Origin: Candidatus Daviesbacteria bacterium
GTDB lineage: Bacteria; Patescibacteriota; Microgenomatia; Daviesbacterales; UBA10151
Direction of reading: 5' to 3'
Length of the DNA: 64,000 nucleotides
Assembly: GCA_028687915.1 (NCBI GenBank)
Contig: JAQTZF010000001.1
Location: forward strand, 674,634-738,633
Shown: piece by piece, positions 48,633 through 57,287 of the stretch
How positions within the stretch are numbered: the first letter of the stretch is position 1
Layout: the number at the start of each line of letters is the position of its first letter
The notes under the pieces: generated by a model
Told to the model about the DNA's origin: nothing
What the model saw: the letters and a program-made list of their open reading frames with translations, nothing else
Database searches by the model: none
Program-made: the position numbers and the translations under genes

Positions 48633-48760
48633 AGATGCTCAGTTGTAGGGTAGGTCTGAGAATTTATAGTTTGGTTAATAAATTATTATTGGTCCTCCAC
48701 CTTATTCCCTGCATTCCTAGTATCTTACTAGGTTTTTCCTACCCCCAACCTGAGCAACCT
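48633..48760 (-). ncRNA. Structured RNA candidate (~125 nt)
   Basis: Closing stem UGCUCAG-GUUG-GGGGUAGG / CCUACCC-UA-CAAC-UGAGCA; inner hairpin CCUAGUA/UACUAGG; GC-rich island in AT-rich intergenic DNA. Confidence 0.55.
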
Positions 48761-48935
48761 ATTTATAAACTATATTAGAATTATCAACAGTAAAATATAT
48801 TACAAATTAAAAGTAGGATGTATTACAGATCTATAAGGTCTAAAAGTTTAAACTAACAAAAGACTCAAAAAATGCTCTTGACATAAATAGATTAACGATG
48901 CTATATTTGCAAAATCTGCCCTATAACCCTATAGA

Positions 48936-50003
48936 ATGAGCTTAGAAGATAAATCAGCAGTAAATACAAGTGTTGCAGATCCCCTGGTTTTAGAGAGAGA
49001 AAAAACGAATCGACTATTGACTGAATTTAAAGCAATTGCTCCTAAAAGATTTGCTTCACAACATTATCACTATAATTCACCAACACTTTTAGATAAAATA
49101 GGAAGTTATCATCCCGGACAGTCAGCATATTTATTTATCACGTCGCTTAGTAGTTTATTAACAGGAAATGAAAGTGGACACATAAATGTTAATTTAGAAA
49201 AAGACAACTACGGTAGAGATAATTTAAGGATAGGTTGGCCAGCCCCTTTAACTTTAGGTGTCAGTATTGGTTCGAGAGATTCAGCGGAAACCAGATTAGA
49301 TGTTAGACCTTTTTCTTACTCACCTCATCCTAGTAATATGGCATATGTTTATCAAGGAGATCCTTTACCGGTAGAATTGATTCATCAAGTGTATTCAAAT
49401 GCAGTTTTAGGCTTAGTAACAGAGGATTTAAGCGAAAATCATGTTCGTTGGGGGGAAGAACTTTGTAAGAAGCGTGATAATAATTTAAAAGGAATGCGCG
49501 ATCTTGTTGGAGAGGAAAGATCATGGGTAATAGACAGAAGTATTAAAGCGCTCTCAGAAGTGGCTGGAGACCAGGAGTTTTTGGTCTGTGTCCCTGATAT
49601 TAACCAAAGAGGAGAAGCTTTACAAAAACCAGTTTTATATACAACAGCCTCTATAACTGAGGAATTGGCAAATAAGTTTTCCCGGTTAGAGGGGTTTGGT
49701 ACATATTATCCAACTGAATATAGATCTGCAAACGATCCCAATTCCAGACCATTAATGGTTGTAAGATATTATCGGGACTTAGAAGTTGAGATAATAGGTG
49801 TTAAGAAGCCTTATAACCCTGACCAAGATCAGAGTTTAAGAAGTTCACTATATCACTTTATGAATGGTGATAGAAACGCTGTAACATTTACTATTTTTCC
49901 ACCTCATAATCATATGGGAGTTGAAACAGCCTTAGTTGCAGCAAACCCTCAAGTACCTGCTTTTAATGCTAAACAAAAGCTACTGGTGCGCCCAGAAAGA
50001 TAA
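48936..50003 (+). CDS. ORFan (355 aa)
   Basis: Long ORF with a TTGACA...TATATT promoter. Confidence 0.75.
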   Translation: MSLEDKSAVNTSVADPLVLEREKTNRLLTEFKAIAPKRFASQHYHYNSPTLLDKIGSYHPGQSAYLFITSLSSLLTGNESGHINVNLEKDNYGRDNLRIGWPAPLTLGVSIGSRDSAETRLDVRPFSYSPHPSNMAYVYQGDPLPVELIHQVYSNAVLGLVTEDLSENHVRWGEELCKKRDNNLKGMRDLVGEERSWVIDRSIKALSEVAGDQEFLVCVPDINQRGEALQKPVLYTTASITEELANKFSRLEGFGTYYPTEYRSANDPNSRPLMVVRYYRDLEVEIIGVKKPYNPDQDQSLRSSLYHFMNGDRNAVTFTIFPPHNHMGVETALVAANPQVPAFNAKQKLLVRPER

Positions 50004-50006
50004 AAA

Positions 50007-50642
50007 TTAGCTTCTTGTTAAATTAGCAATAAGTGCAGGTAGTTTTGCTGTAGGATCAAATAGTAATTCAAAACGCAAAAGCCTTTGGGTTCTTTCAATA
50101 CCTTTCATTTTAGGAGAGGAATAAAGTTCTTTGATAAGTTTGTATAATCCCGGGTTTCTTGCTAATGAAAGTGTTTCTGCTGATAAAGCATTTGGATAAA
50201 GTCCAAATCCTCTAGCTAAATTAAGGACATAAGGTAAATGATAATCATTACTACAAACTCCAACTCTCAATCGACTGTAAGGTCCTAAAGCATCTGCTAA
50301 AGCAGCAATATTATCTCTTGTACTTTTAGATTTTTCTTCTAGCATTATTGCTTGTTCAGGAATTTTTGGGAGCTCATTACCCCATAAATAATGAGAAGAG
50401 GTAAGAAAATTTATGCCAACTTGTGCTTCTGATGGGCAATCACTGCCAAACGTTTGACCGCCGGAAAAAACTAATTTTTGAGTCCATCCTAACTCGTATG
50501 CTTTTACTCCAGCCATAATTCTCAACATTGAGTCAAAAGGTGGCATGTAATGGCCTTGTTTGCTTACTTCCATACCTGATCCGTGAATTACAACAAGATC
50601 AAGAGGATATTTTATATTTTTTTCCATATTATCCAGATTCAT
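50007..50642 (-). CDS. YdcF/DUF218 family protein
   Basis: FSGGQT, SEA, LEEKSKSTRDN, SNDYHL. Confidence 0.85.
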   Translation of the reverse strand: MNLDNMEKNIKYPLDLVVIHGSGMEVSKQGHYMPPFDSMLRIMAGVKAYELGWTQKLVFSGGQTFGSDCPSEAQVGINFLTSSHYLWGNELPKIPEQAIMLEEKSKSTRDNIAALADALGPYSRLRVGVCSNDYHLPYVLNLARGFGLYPNALSAETLSLARNPGLYKLIKELYSSPKMKGIERTQRLLRFELLFDPTAKLPALIANLTRS

Positions 50643-50662
50643 ATTATTTAAAAAGTAGAAGT

Positions 50663-50698
50663 ATTATAAAATATAGAAAATAATATTTCAAACTATGG
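50663..50698 (-). promoter_or_regulatory. CYATAG-box promoter just downstream of tRNA-Arg
   Basis: AATAACCCCATAGt TTGAAA-17-TATAAT. Confidence 0.6.
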
Positions 50699-50707
50699 GG
50701 TTATTTG

Positions 50708-50780
50708 TGCGCCCAGAGGGATTCGAACCCCCGACCTCGACGTTAGAACCGTCTTGCTCTATCCACTGAGCTATGGGCGC
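50708..50780 (-). tRNA. tRNA-Arg(TCT)
   Basis: GCGCCCA acceptor, loop GTTCTAA, GGTTCGAATCC. Confidence 0.9.
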
Positions 50781-50824
50781 TTAGTGATTTATGTATTTTA
50801 TCAAATTTTGGGTGTAAGAACCAG

Positions 50825-51772
50825 CTATGAAGCAGAAAAGAATTCTATCGTTTTCTTAAGGCCTTCTTCTAGTTCTACTTGTGGTTCCCATCCAAGAAGG
50901 TTTTTAGCTTTGCTAATGTCTGGACATCTTTGTAATGGATCATCCTCAGGTAGTTTTTCCTTAATTTCCTTGGATGTTGCTTTAGTTAATTTAATTATTA
51001 AATCAGCTAATTCAAGGATAGTAAATTCATTTGGATTACCCAAGTTAATTACCTCTCCTTTAGTATTTTGCTTTTGCATTGCCAAAAATATTCCTTCAAT
51101 CAAGTCTGAAACATAACAAAAAGAGCGGGTTTGAGTCCCATTTCCAAAAATAGGTAAGGGTTGGTTTGCTATAGAGGCTTTGATAAATTCTGTAACCACT
51201 CTTCCATCATCAAGAGCCATGTTAGGTCCATACGTATTAAATATTCTGATAATTCTTCCATCCAGGCTTTTTGATCTGATATAGGCTGAAGTAATTGTTT
51301 CCCCAAACCTTTTTGCTTCATCATAAACAGCTCTGGGGCCTGTAGTAGATACATTTCCTCTGTAACTTTCCTTTTGAGGGTGTTCCAAAGGGTCGCCATA
51401 TATTTCTGAGGTAGAAGCAAATAAAAACTTTGCCTTATTAATTGAGGCTAATTCTGCTAAATTCCAGGTGCCAACTGTATTTGCCTGCATTGTTTCAAAA
51501 GCCAAGGCATGATAACTTTTTGGGCTGTGAATATTAGGAGAAGCAGGGGAGGCTAAATGATAAATTTCATCGGCAGTCATTTCTTCTGGTAATTTATTAG
51601 AAATATCATATCTTAGGAATCTAAATTTAGGATTATCTTCTAAATGAGTAATATTTAAGCCTGTGCTGGTTATTAAATTATCTATACACAAAACCTCATA
51701 ACCTTTATTTAATAAATATTCACAAAGATGTGATCCTAAAAATCCTGTTCCACCAGCAACAATTGCTTTCAT
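50825..51772 (-). CDS. UDP-glucuronate decarboxylase-like SDR epimerase/dehydratase
   Basis: GGTGFLGSHL, HLASPASP, STSEIYG, YDEAKR. Confidence 0.9.
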   Translation of the reverse strand: MKAIVAGGTGFLGSHLCEYLLNKGYEVLCIDNLITSTGLNITHLEDNPKFRFLRYDISNKLPEEMTADEIYHLASPASPNIHSPKSYHALAFETMQANTVGTWNLAELASINKAKFLFASTSEIYGDPLEHPQKESYRGNVSTTGPRAVYDEAKRFGETITSAYIRSKSLDGRIIRIFNTYGPNMALDDGRVVTEFIKASIANQPLPIFGNGTQTRSFCYVSDLIEGIFLAMQKQNTKGEVINLGNPNEFTILELADLIIKLTKATSKEIKEKLPEDDPLQRCPDISKAKNLLGWEPQVELEEGLKKTIEFFSAS

Positions 51773-52173
51773 ATTAGGTTTTCCCTTATTTTTTCTGCAT
51801 TTTCCTTTAGCTCTTCTTTTGAAGTATCTGGTTTTTGTCTTTCAAAAGTAAGATCTTTTTCATCATTCATGGGTATTAAATGAACATGAACATGAGGAAC
51901 ACCAGATCCGGAAATCATAACTCCAATTCTTCCAAGTTTAGGGTTAAAAGCTTTTTTTATAGCTTTAGCAATAGGTTTACAAACAACCATTATTTCTCCT
52001 AATATTTTATCATCCATATCAAAAAAGTAATCAATGTGTTGCTTTGGGATAACAAGTGTGTGTCCTGGATTAATAGGGGCAATGCTTAAAAAGGCTAAAA
52101 AGTTTTCATTTTCCCAAACTTTTTCTGCTGGAACCTCACCTTTAATTATTTTATCAAAAATACAATCATCCAT
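51769..52173 (-). CDS. HIT family protein
   Basis: GHTLVIPK, HVHVH. Confidence 0.93.
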   Translation of the reverse strand: MDDCIFDKIIKGEVPAEKVWENENFLAFLSIAPINPGHTLVIPKQHIDYFFDMDDKILGEIMVVCKPIAKAIKKAFNPKLGRIGVMISGSGVPHVHVHLIPMNDEKDLTFERQKPDTSKEELKENAEKIRENLI

Positions 52174-52246
52174 TGATCTAAATATAACAAATAAGTGCTT
52201 TTTATGAAACCTTTAGTTTAAACTTAAAGATTAAACTAATTAAGGC

Positions 52247-52281
52247 CTATAGTTGATAAAGTGTGTATTATTTGTTATACT
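52247..52281 (+). promoter_or_regulatory. CYATAG-box promoter
   Basis: CTATAG TTGATA-17-TATACT. Confidence 0.65.
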
Positions 52282-52296
52282 TATGAGGCTATTTTT

Positions 52297-52878
52297 ATGA
52301 AAGAAATTGATCGTAGGACAGCATTAAAGATTTGTGGTGCATTTGCTGCCGGTGTAGTAACCGGAAGTATTTCTCCGGATATTAGTATCAGGATAAATAA
52401 ACAGGTAGGTACAGTTACCGGTCTTCCTGTAGGGAATGCTGGAATTTTAAGACAAGTCGAGGAGGCCTGTAAGGATTACCCTGACCAAGATAATTGTATA
52501 CAAAACATACAATTATCTCCTGTATCTAAGGTATTAGGTGTTTCACTCAATCCTTTTGCTGAAGAAGTTGCATTTCGTGCTACGCCATCTATTGTCCTAT
52601 CTGTAGTAGAAGGTAATACAGATCAGCTGGGAGCTGATATATTATGCGGCTTAAATGATGGGTATGGTCTGTCTAGACGCGAATTTATTACGGGGGCTAT
52701 TTCTTCTTTACTCTTTGGTACTAGTCATAATATTACAAACAATGGTATTGATTTAAAAACTATACCCGCCTCTCAAACTGTTTGCGGATTTGCGTATTGG
52801 TATTTACAAAGAAAATTTGGTTTAGTTTCTAATACAATTGCACACGCATTACATAACTTCAATGTAATTTATAGGTAA
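52297..52878 (+). CDS. CPBP/Abi-family intramembrane metalloprotease-like protein
   Basis: EEVAFR, FGTSH, HALHN; RRTALK N-terminus. Confidence 0.7.
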   Translation: MKEIDRRTALKICGAFAAGVVTGSISPDISIRINKQVGTVTGLPVGNAGILRQVEEACKDYPDQDNCIQNIQLSPVSKVLGVSLNPFAEEVAFRATPSIVLSVVEGNTDQLGADILCGLNDGYGLSRREFITGAISSLLFGTSHNITNNGIDLKTIPASQTVCGFAYWYLQRKFGLVSNTIAHALHNFNVIYR

Positions 52879-52894
52879 AAGTTTAATTAATTTT

Positions 52895-52978
52895 GTCGGG
52901 GTGACAGGAATGAGCCTTCGTAAACTCGTCTCCTTTTGCAATGCAAAAGTAAGTAAGCTTGCAAAAGTTGAACCTGCT
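52895..52978 (-). pseudogene. tRNA-Pro 3'-end copy interrupted by a ~57-bp palindromic insert in the T-loop
   Basis: 52895-52911 plus 52969-52978 reproduce 53064-53090. Confidence 0.8.
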
Positions 52979-53064
52979 TCACCACTGTGTGGAGCGCATA
53001 GTTAATTCCTAAAATCACTCGTTTGATTTGAAAACCAGACATAAATGTCTGAACTTCAAATCAG

Positions 53065-53136
53065 TCGGGGTGACAGGAATTGAACCTGCTACATCTGCGT
53101 CCCAAACGCAGCGTTCTACCGATGAACTACACCCCG
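53065..53136 (-). tRNA. tRNA-Pro(TGG)
   Basis: CGGGGTG acceptor, CTGCG/CGCAG stem with loop TTTGGGA. Confidence 0.95.
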
Positions 53137-53161
53137 CTTTCGCTAAAGCTTCAGCGGGCAA
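53133..53161. repeat. REP-like palindromic element at the tRNA-Pro 5' end
   Basis: CCCGCT-ttcgctaaagcttc-AGCGGG. Confidence 0.6.
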
Positions 53162-53184
53162 ACCCGTTAAACTGAATATTAGCT

Positions 53185-53268
53185 TGGTGCCGCGGGTGGG
53201 AGTCGAACCCACAAGACTTGCGCCATTGGATTTTAAGTCCAACGTGTATACCATTCCACCACCGCGGC
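53185..53268 (-). tRNA. tRNA-Leu(TAA)
   Basis: Long variable arm, TTGGA/TCCAA stem with loop CTTAAAA, encoded CCA. Confidence 0.96.
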
Positions 53269-53317
53269 ATACCTCGTATTGTACCAAAAACTGCTTCAAT
53301 GTTAAAATACGCAAATA

Positions 53318-54259
53318 ATGGATAAATTTAGTATAAATTTAAAGAAAATAAATACCACAACAATTTTATTTTTTAGCCTGGTAGTAATATTCATTTTTCT
53401 TGTGTCGCTTTGTATTAGTACTTTTAATTTTAATAAAACCAAGACTCCAGAAAATATTTCTAGGAACCAGGAAAAAACTCAAGAGCCAATAACAACAGAA
53501 TCTTCTGTTAAGGGTGCTTCAACTGAGGCCGCAAAACCAATAGTTACTCAAACTCAGGTATTTAGAACTGCATTATCTGGCAATGAGGTTAAAGTACCTG
53601 TGCTTTATTATCACTATATTGGCAATAATCCTGATCCTAAGGACACACAAAGAGATGCTCTCTCAGTTAATCCAGAACAATTTGCTGAACAAATGAAATA
53701 TCTAAAAGACAATGGTTTTACAACAATTTCTTACGATACTTTATACGCAGCACTAAAAAAACAGACTGTATTACCAACTAAGCCAATTATTTTAACTTTT
53801 GATGACGCCTATATTGATTTCTACTACAACGCTTATAATATTTTGCGCCAATATGGCTTATCAGCAACAGTTTTTGTTCCAACCGGACTTATTGGAAACC
53901 CTGCATATTTAACCTGGCCAATGATACAAGAAATGCATTCTTCCGGCTTGGTAAGTTTTGAAGCACACTCAGTTCACCATTACCATTTGGCTTCTCTTGC
54001 ACCGGATGTTGTTTTACAGGAATTACAACAGAGTAAAAAAGATCTACAGGATCACTTAGGTATAAATGTTAACTTTATGGCATATCCTTATGGTGAAACA
54101 AGTCCCTCTGTTGTTAGTTTAGTACAAAAAGCAGGATATATAGGAGCAATTGGAACCTGGTCAAATAAGATCCAATCAGAGGGAACTATTTATAATTCAC
54201 CAAGACTTAGGATAAGTGGATCAATAAACATTGCTTCTTTCGCGTCATTACTACAATAA
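53318..54259 (+). CDS. Polysaccharide deacetylase (CE4)
   Basis: VLYYH, TFDDAY, HSVHH, AYPYG. Confidence 0.9.
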   Translation: MDKFSINLKKINTTTILFFSLVVIFIFLVSLCISTFNFNKTKTPENISRNQEKTQEPITTESSVKGASTEAAKPIVTQTQVFRTALSGNEVKVPVLYYHYIGNNPDPKDTQRDALSVNPEQFAEQMKYLKDNGFTTISYDTLYAALKKQTVLPTKPIILTFDDAYIDFYYNAYNILRQYGLSATVFVPTGLIGNPAYLTWPMIQEMHSSGLVSFEAHSVHHYHLASLAPDVVLQELQQSKKDLQDHLGINVNFMAYPYGETSPSVVSLVQKAGYIGAIGTWSNKIQSEGTIYNSPRLRISGSINIASFASLLQ

Positions 54260-54265
54260 TTAGTA

Positions 54266-55756
54266 GTGCATATTTTTAAGAACCATTTATTTTTAATTTC
54301 CTGCGTCTTACTGTTATTTTATTCCTTTTCAATTCTTTACAGATCTGATAGCTCCTTTGATCAGGATTTAGGAAGACATTTAAAAACAGGGGAGATAATT
54401 ATAAATAGTTTATCAGTTCCTTATATAAATCTGTTTTCATATACAAATGCTAATTTTCCTTTTATTAATCATCACTTTTTATTTGGAGTAATAATTTATC
54501 TTTGGAGTAAATTCTTTGATCTACAGTTATTTTTACACATAAAGATTCTTATTATTCTTACTGCTGTTCTGCTAACTTTTTTGAATACAAAAAGGACACA
54601 ATCTATTTTATTGCTGCCTTTGGGATATTTATTTTTACATGTTTTAAGAGAAAGAACAGATTTAAGACCAGAAATCTTTAGCTTCCTTTTTACCTCCGTC
54701 ACAGTCTGGGTTTTGGAGAGATTTTATAGTAATAAGAGTTCCAAGCTTATTTTTATCTTACCGATAATCCAATTTTTCTGGATTAATATACACATTTATT
54801 TTTTTGTAGGATTTCTATTGCAAGGTATTTATCTAATAGATCTCTTCTTAAGAAAAGAGGTTCAGAAATTTAAAGCACTTTTATTTATTTTTGTTGGCTC
54901 TTTAATACTTTGTTTAATAAACCCTAACACAATAAACGGGCTCTTATATCCTTTACAAATTTTTAGCAACTATGGATATTCAATTGCTGAAAATCAAAAC
55001 CTCTTTTTGCTTGAAAGATTAGGGTTTACAGATCCTAATTTTATTTTTGTAAAACTTTGTGTCTTACTAATCATATTTACTTTAATAATTTCTATACTTA
55101 AAAAACCTTACATAATAAAAAATAACTTAATATCTTTACAAGGAATATTTTTGGCATTAGTTAGTATCCGGGGATTTCCTTATATTTTCTATTTATCCTT
55201 TCCTTTTATTTTCTTAAGTTTAAACAATGCCGAAGTTAATAAAAAGTCTTTAGCGTTATTCATCTGCACGACATTTTTATTAATTATTGAATCAGCTTTT
55301 TACTTAAATGGTAGTTACTATAAAGAAAATAAAATTCCTGCAGAACCGAAATTAATTTTACAGGAAAATGGAAAAAAAGCTTTAGATTTTTTACTTCAAA
55401 ATGACTTGCCTCAGCCAATTTATAATAATTTTGATATTGGAAGTTATATAATCTATCGCGCTTACCCTAAATATAAAGTATTTGTAGATGGCAGGCCAGA
55501 AGCATACCCGGCAGATTTTTTTACTAATATATATATTCCCTCACAATCAGATTATTCATACTTTAAAGAATTAGATAATAAGTATAAATTTCAAACAGTT
55601 GTATTTTCAATCACAGATCAAACACCGTGGGGTAAGAGCTTTTTGAGAAGTATTATTAAGGATGATAGTTTTGCAACTGTATACTTGGACAATTTTATTA
55701 TTATTCTCATTAAAAGGGATCAGCTTCAAGCTGTGAAATTGGCGCCTATTCTTTAA
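54266..55756 (+). CDS. GT-C-like polytopic membrane protein
   Basis: DLGRHLKTGE, RPEIFS, WINIH, FVDGRPE. Confidence 0.75.
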   Translation: MHIFKNHLFLISCVLLLFYSFSILYRSDSSFDQDLGRHLKTGEIIINSLSVPYINLFSYTNANFPFINHHFLFGVIIYLWSKFFDLQLFLHIKILIILTAVLLTFLNTKRTQSILLLPLGYLFLHVLRERTDLRPEIFSFLFTSVTVWVLERFYSNKSSKLIFILPIIQFFWINIHIYFFVGFLLQGIYLIDLFLRKEVQKFKALLFIFVGSLILCLINPNTINGLLYPLQIFSNYGYSIAENQNLFLLERLGFTDPNFIFVKLCVLLIIFTLIISILKKPYIIKNNLISLQGIFLALVSIRGFPYIFYLSFPFIFLSLNNAEVNKKSLALFICTTFLLIIESAFYLNGSYYKENKIPAEPKLILQENGKKALDFLLQNDLPQPIYNNFDIGSYIIYRAYPKYKVFVDGRPEAYPADFFTNIYIPSQSDYSYFKELDNKYKFQTVVFSITDQTPWGKSFLRSIIKDDSFATVYLDNFIIILIKRDQLQAVKLAPIL

Positions 55757-57287
55757 TTAATCCTTTAAGTTTTGCGCTAACAGTAGCATTTTGTTTTTCA
55801 ATAATATCTATTTCATCCAAAGCCAGTGATGTTTTTCTTAATTGAATATAAAGGTAAGCTAGATTAATTCTTGAATTTAAATCTTGTTCGTTGTTTTGAA
55901 GAGCTTGTTTATATTCCAGGATAGCAAATTCAGGTTTTTGTAGATTTAAAAATAGTTCTGCCATCTTCTGATGATAAATTTTTGTATTAATAAAAATATA
56001 TGAAAATTGTTTAATCTCGTTATAATCCTTATAACCATAGTATGGTTCCAGCTGTTTACTTGTTAAGTTTTCAGTTAATAGAAATGCAGGACCATAATCA
56101 CCGGATAAACTTTGTTTCATGTTTAAGTACTGAAAGAAGGCTGTAATAAAAATAATTTTAGATAAGAAAAAGATTAAAAATATAATAACAATAGACGCCT
56201 TAAAAAAGTTACTTTTTTGAATAGAATAGATGTAATTAAAAGAGAGAGCATAAGAAACAGCAACTAACGGTAATAATATTACGTAATAATGCATGTAACC
56301 TGGTGTGCGTGAAACAAAATATAAAACAGGAATAATAACAAAAATTAAAAATAAATATATTTTGGATCTGTTGTTTTTAACATAAAATAAAAATGAAATG
56401 ATAAATGTAAAAACCTCGAGTAAAAATATATAGCCAATTGGCTTTATTAAAATATTATAATTTTGAAAATCTAAGTAATCTATACCCAATAAAAATTGAA
56501 AATCTAAACCATTTAATATCTGAAAAGGACGCAGGAAGTTTATAAAATCAAAAATACGATCTGCTTTTTGATATTGTAAAAAAGCTACACAATCACGGCA
56601 AAAGGGGAGTGATGAGAGTTGATAAATTAGATAAGGAAAAGCAAAAATAGATGCAAATATAAAGCCTCTAATTAATTTTGCTTTGGTAAAATTAATTTTA
56701 AATAGTATAAATATAAAAATTATTGATGTCATTAAAAAAGCACCGGAAGCATGAAGTTGTGTTAATAAAAAAAGTAAAAATGACAACAATGTTAACTTAT
56801 ATGCCTTTTTGTTTTCCACTGATTTTATTAAAAAATAAAAAATAGGTATTGCAAAAAACAGAATTAGATCTTGTGCCCAAATTTTTCTGGAAAATATTAT
56901 GGCCCAGGGGGAGACAGCTAAAGTTATTGCAGAAACAAAAGCCACGCTTGTCCCAAATACTCTTTTAATCAATATGTAAAAAAGAATAATTACTCCAACA
57001 TTAATTAAGGCAATTAGAAAAGTCATATAAAGAGGATTGCGTGAAAAAAGTCCTATTAATATTAAAAGGTAGCTAAATAGAGGAAAATTATACATTCCGG
57101 TGCTGGCCATAATTCCTTTTTGAGGGAGAGTACCGTCAATAAAGAAAAGATTAGTCTGGTAAAAACTTAGTGCTTCATCGTATTTAAACTCAATTAAGTT
57201 AATATTTGTTAACCTAAAAAGGGACGCCAGCATAAAGACCAAAAAGATTTGTACATAAGTATTTCTAAAAATTTTGATTATCTTCAT
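55746..57287 (-). CDS. ArnT/PMT-like (GT39/83) glycosyltransferase with C-terminal TPR
   Basis: EFKYDEA, SRKIWAQ, multiple TM helices. Confidence 0.8.
   Translation of the reverse strand: MKIIKIFRNTYVQIFLVFMLASLFRLTNINLIEFKYDEALSFYQTNLFFIDGTLPQKGIMASTGMYNFPLFSYLLILIGLFSRNPLYMTFLIALINVGVIILFYILIKRVFGTSVAFVSAITLAVSPWAIIFSRKIWAQDLILFFAIPIFYFLIKSVENKKAYKLTLLSFLLFLLTQLHASGAFLMTSIIFIFILFKINFTKAKLIRGFIFASIFAFPYLIYQLSSLPFCRDCVAFLQYQKADRIFDFINFLRPFQILNGLDFQFLLGIDYLDFQNYNILIKPIGYIFLLEVFTFIISFLFYVKNNRSKIYLFLIFVIIPVLYFVSRTPGYMHYYVILLPLVAVSYALSFNYIYSIQKSNFFKASIVIIFLIFFLSKIIFITAFFQYLNMKQSLSGDYGPAFLLTENLTSKQLEPYYGYKDYNEIKQFSYIFINTKIYHQKMAELFLNLQKPEFAILEYKQALQNNEQDLNSRINLAYLYIQLRKTSLALDEIDIIEKQNATVSAKLKGLIKE

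Noticed and set aside
48633-48760. Retron ncRNA, RNase P RNA or SRP RNA
   Set aside because: No reverse transcriptase in the window, and the diagnostic conserved motifs are absent
52895-52978. Intron-containing functional tRNA-Pro
   Set aside because: Only the 3' part is present; the anticodon arm, D-arm and 5' acceptor strand are missing
53015-53318. ORFs 53015-53314 and 53028-53318
   Set aside because: They overlap tRNA-Pro and tRNA-Leu; spurious translations (also true of 36913-37095 and 50754-51116)
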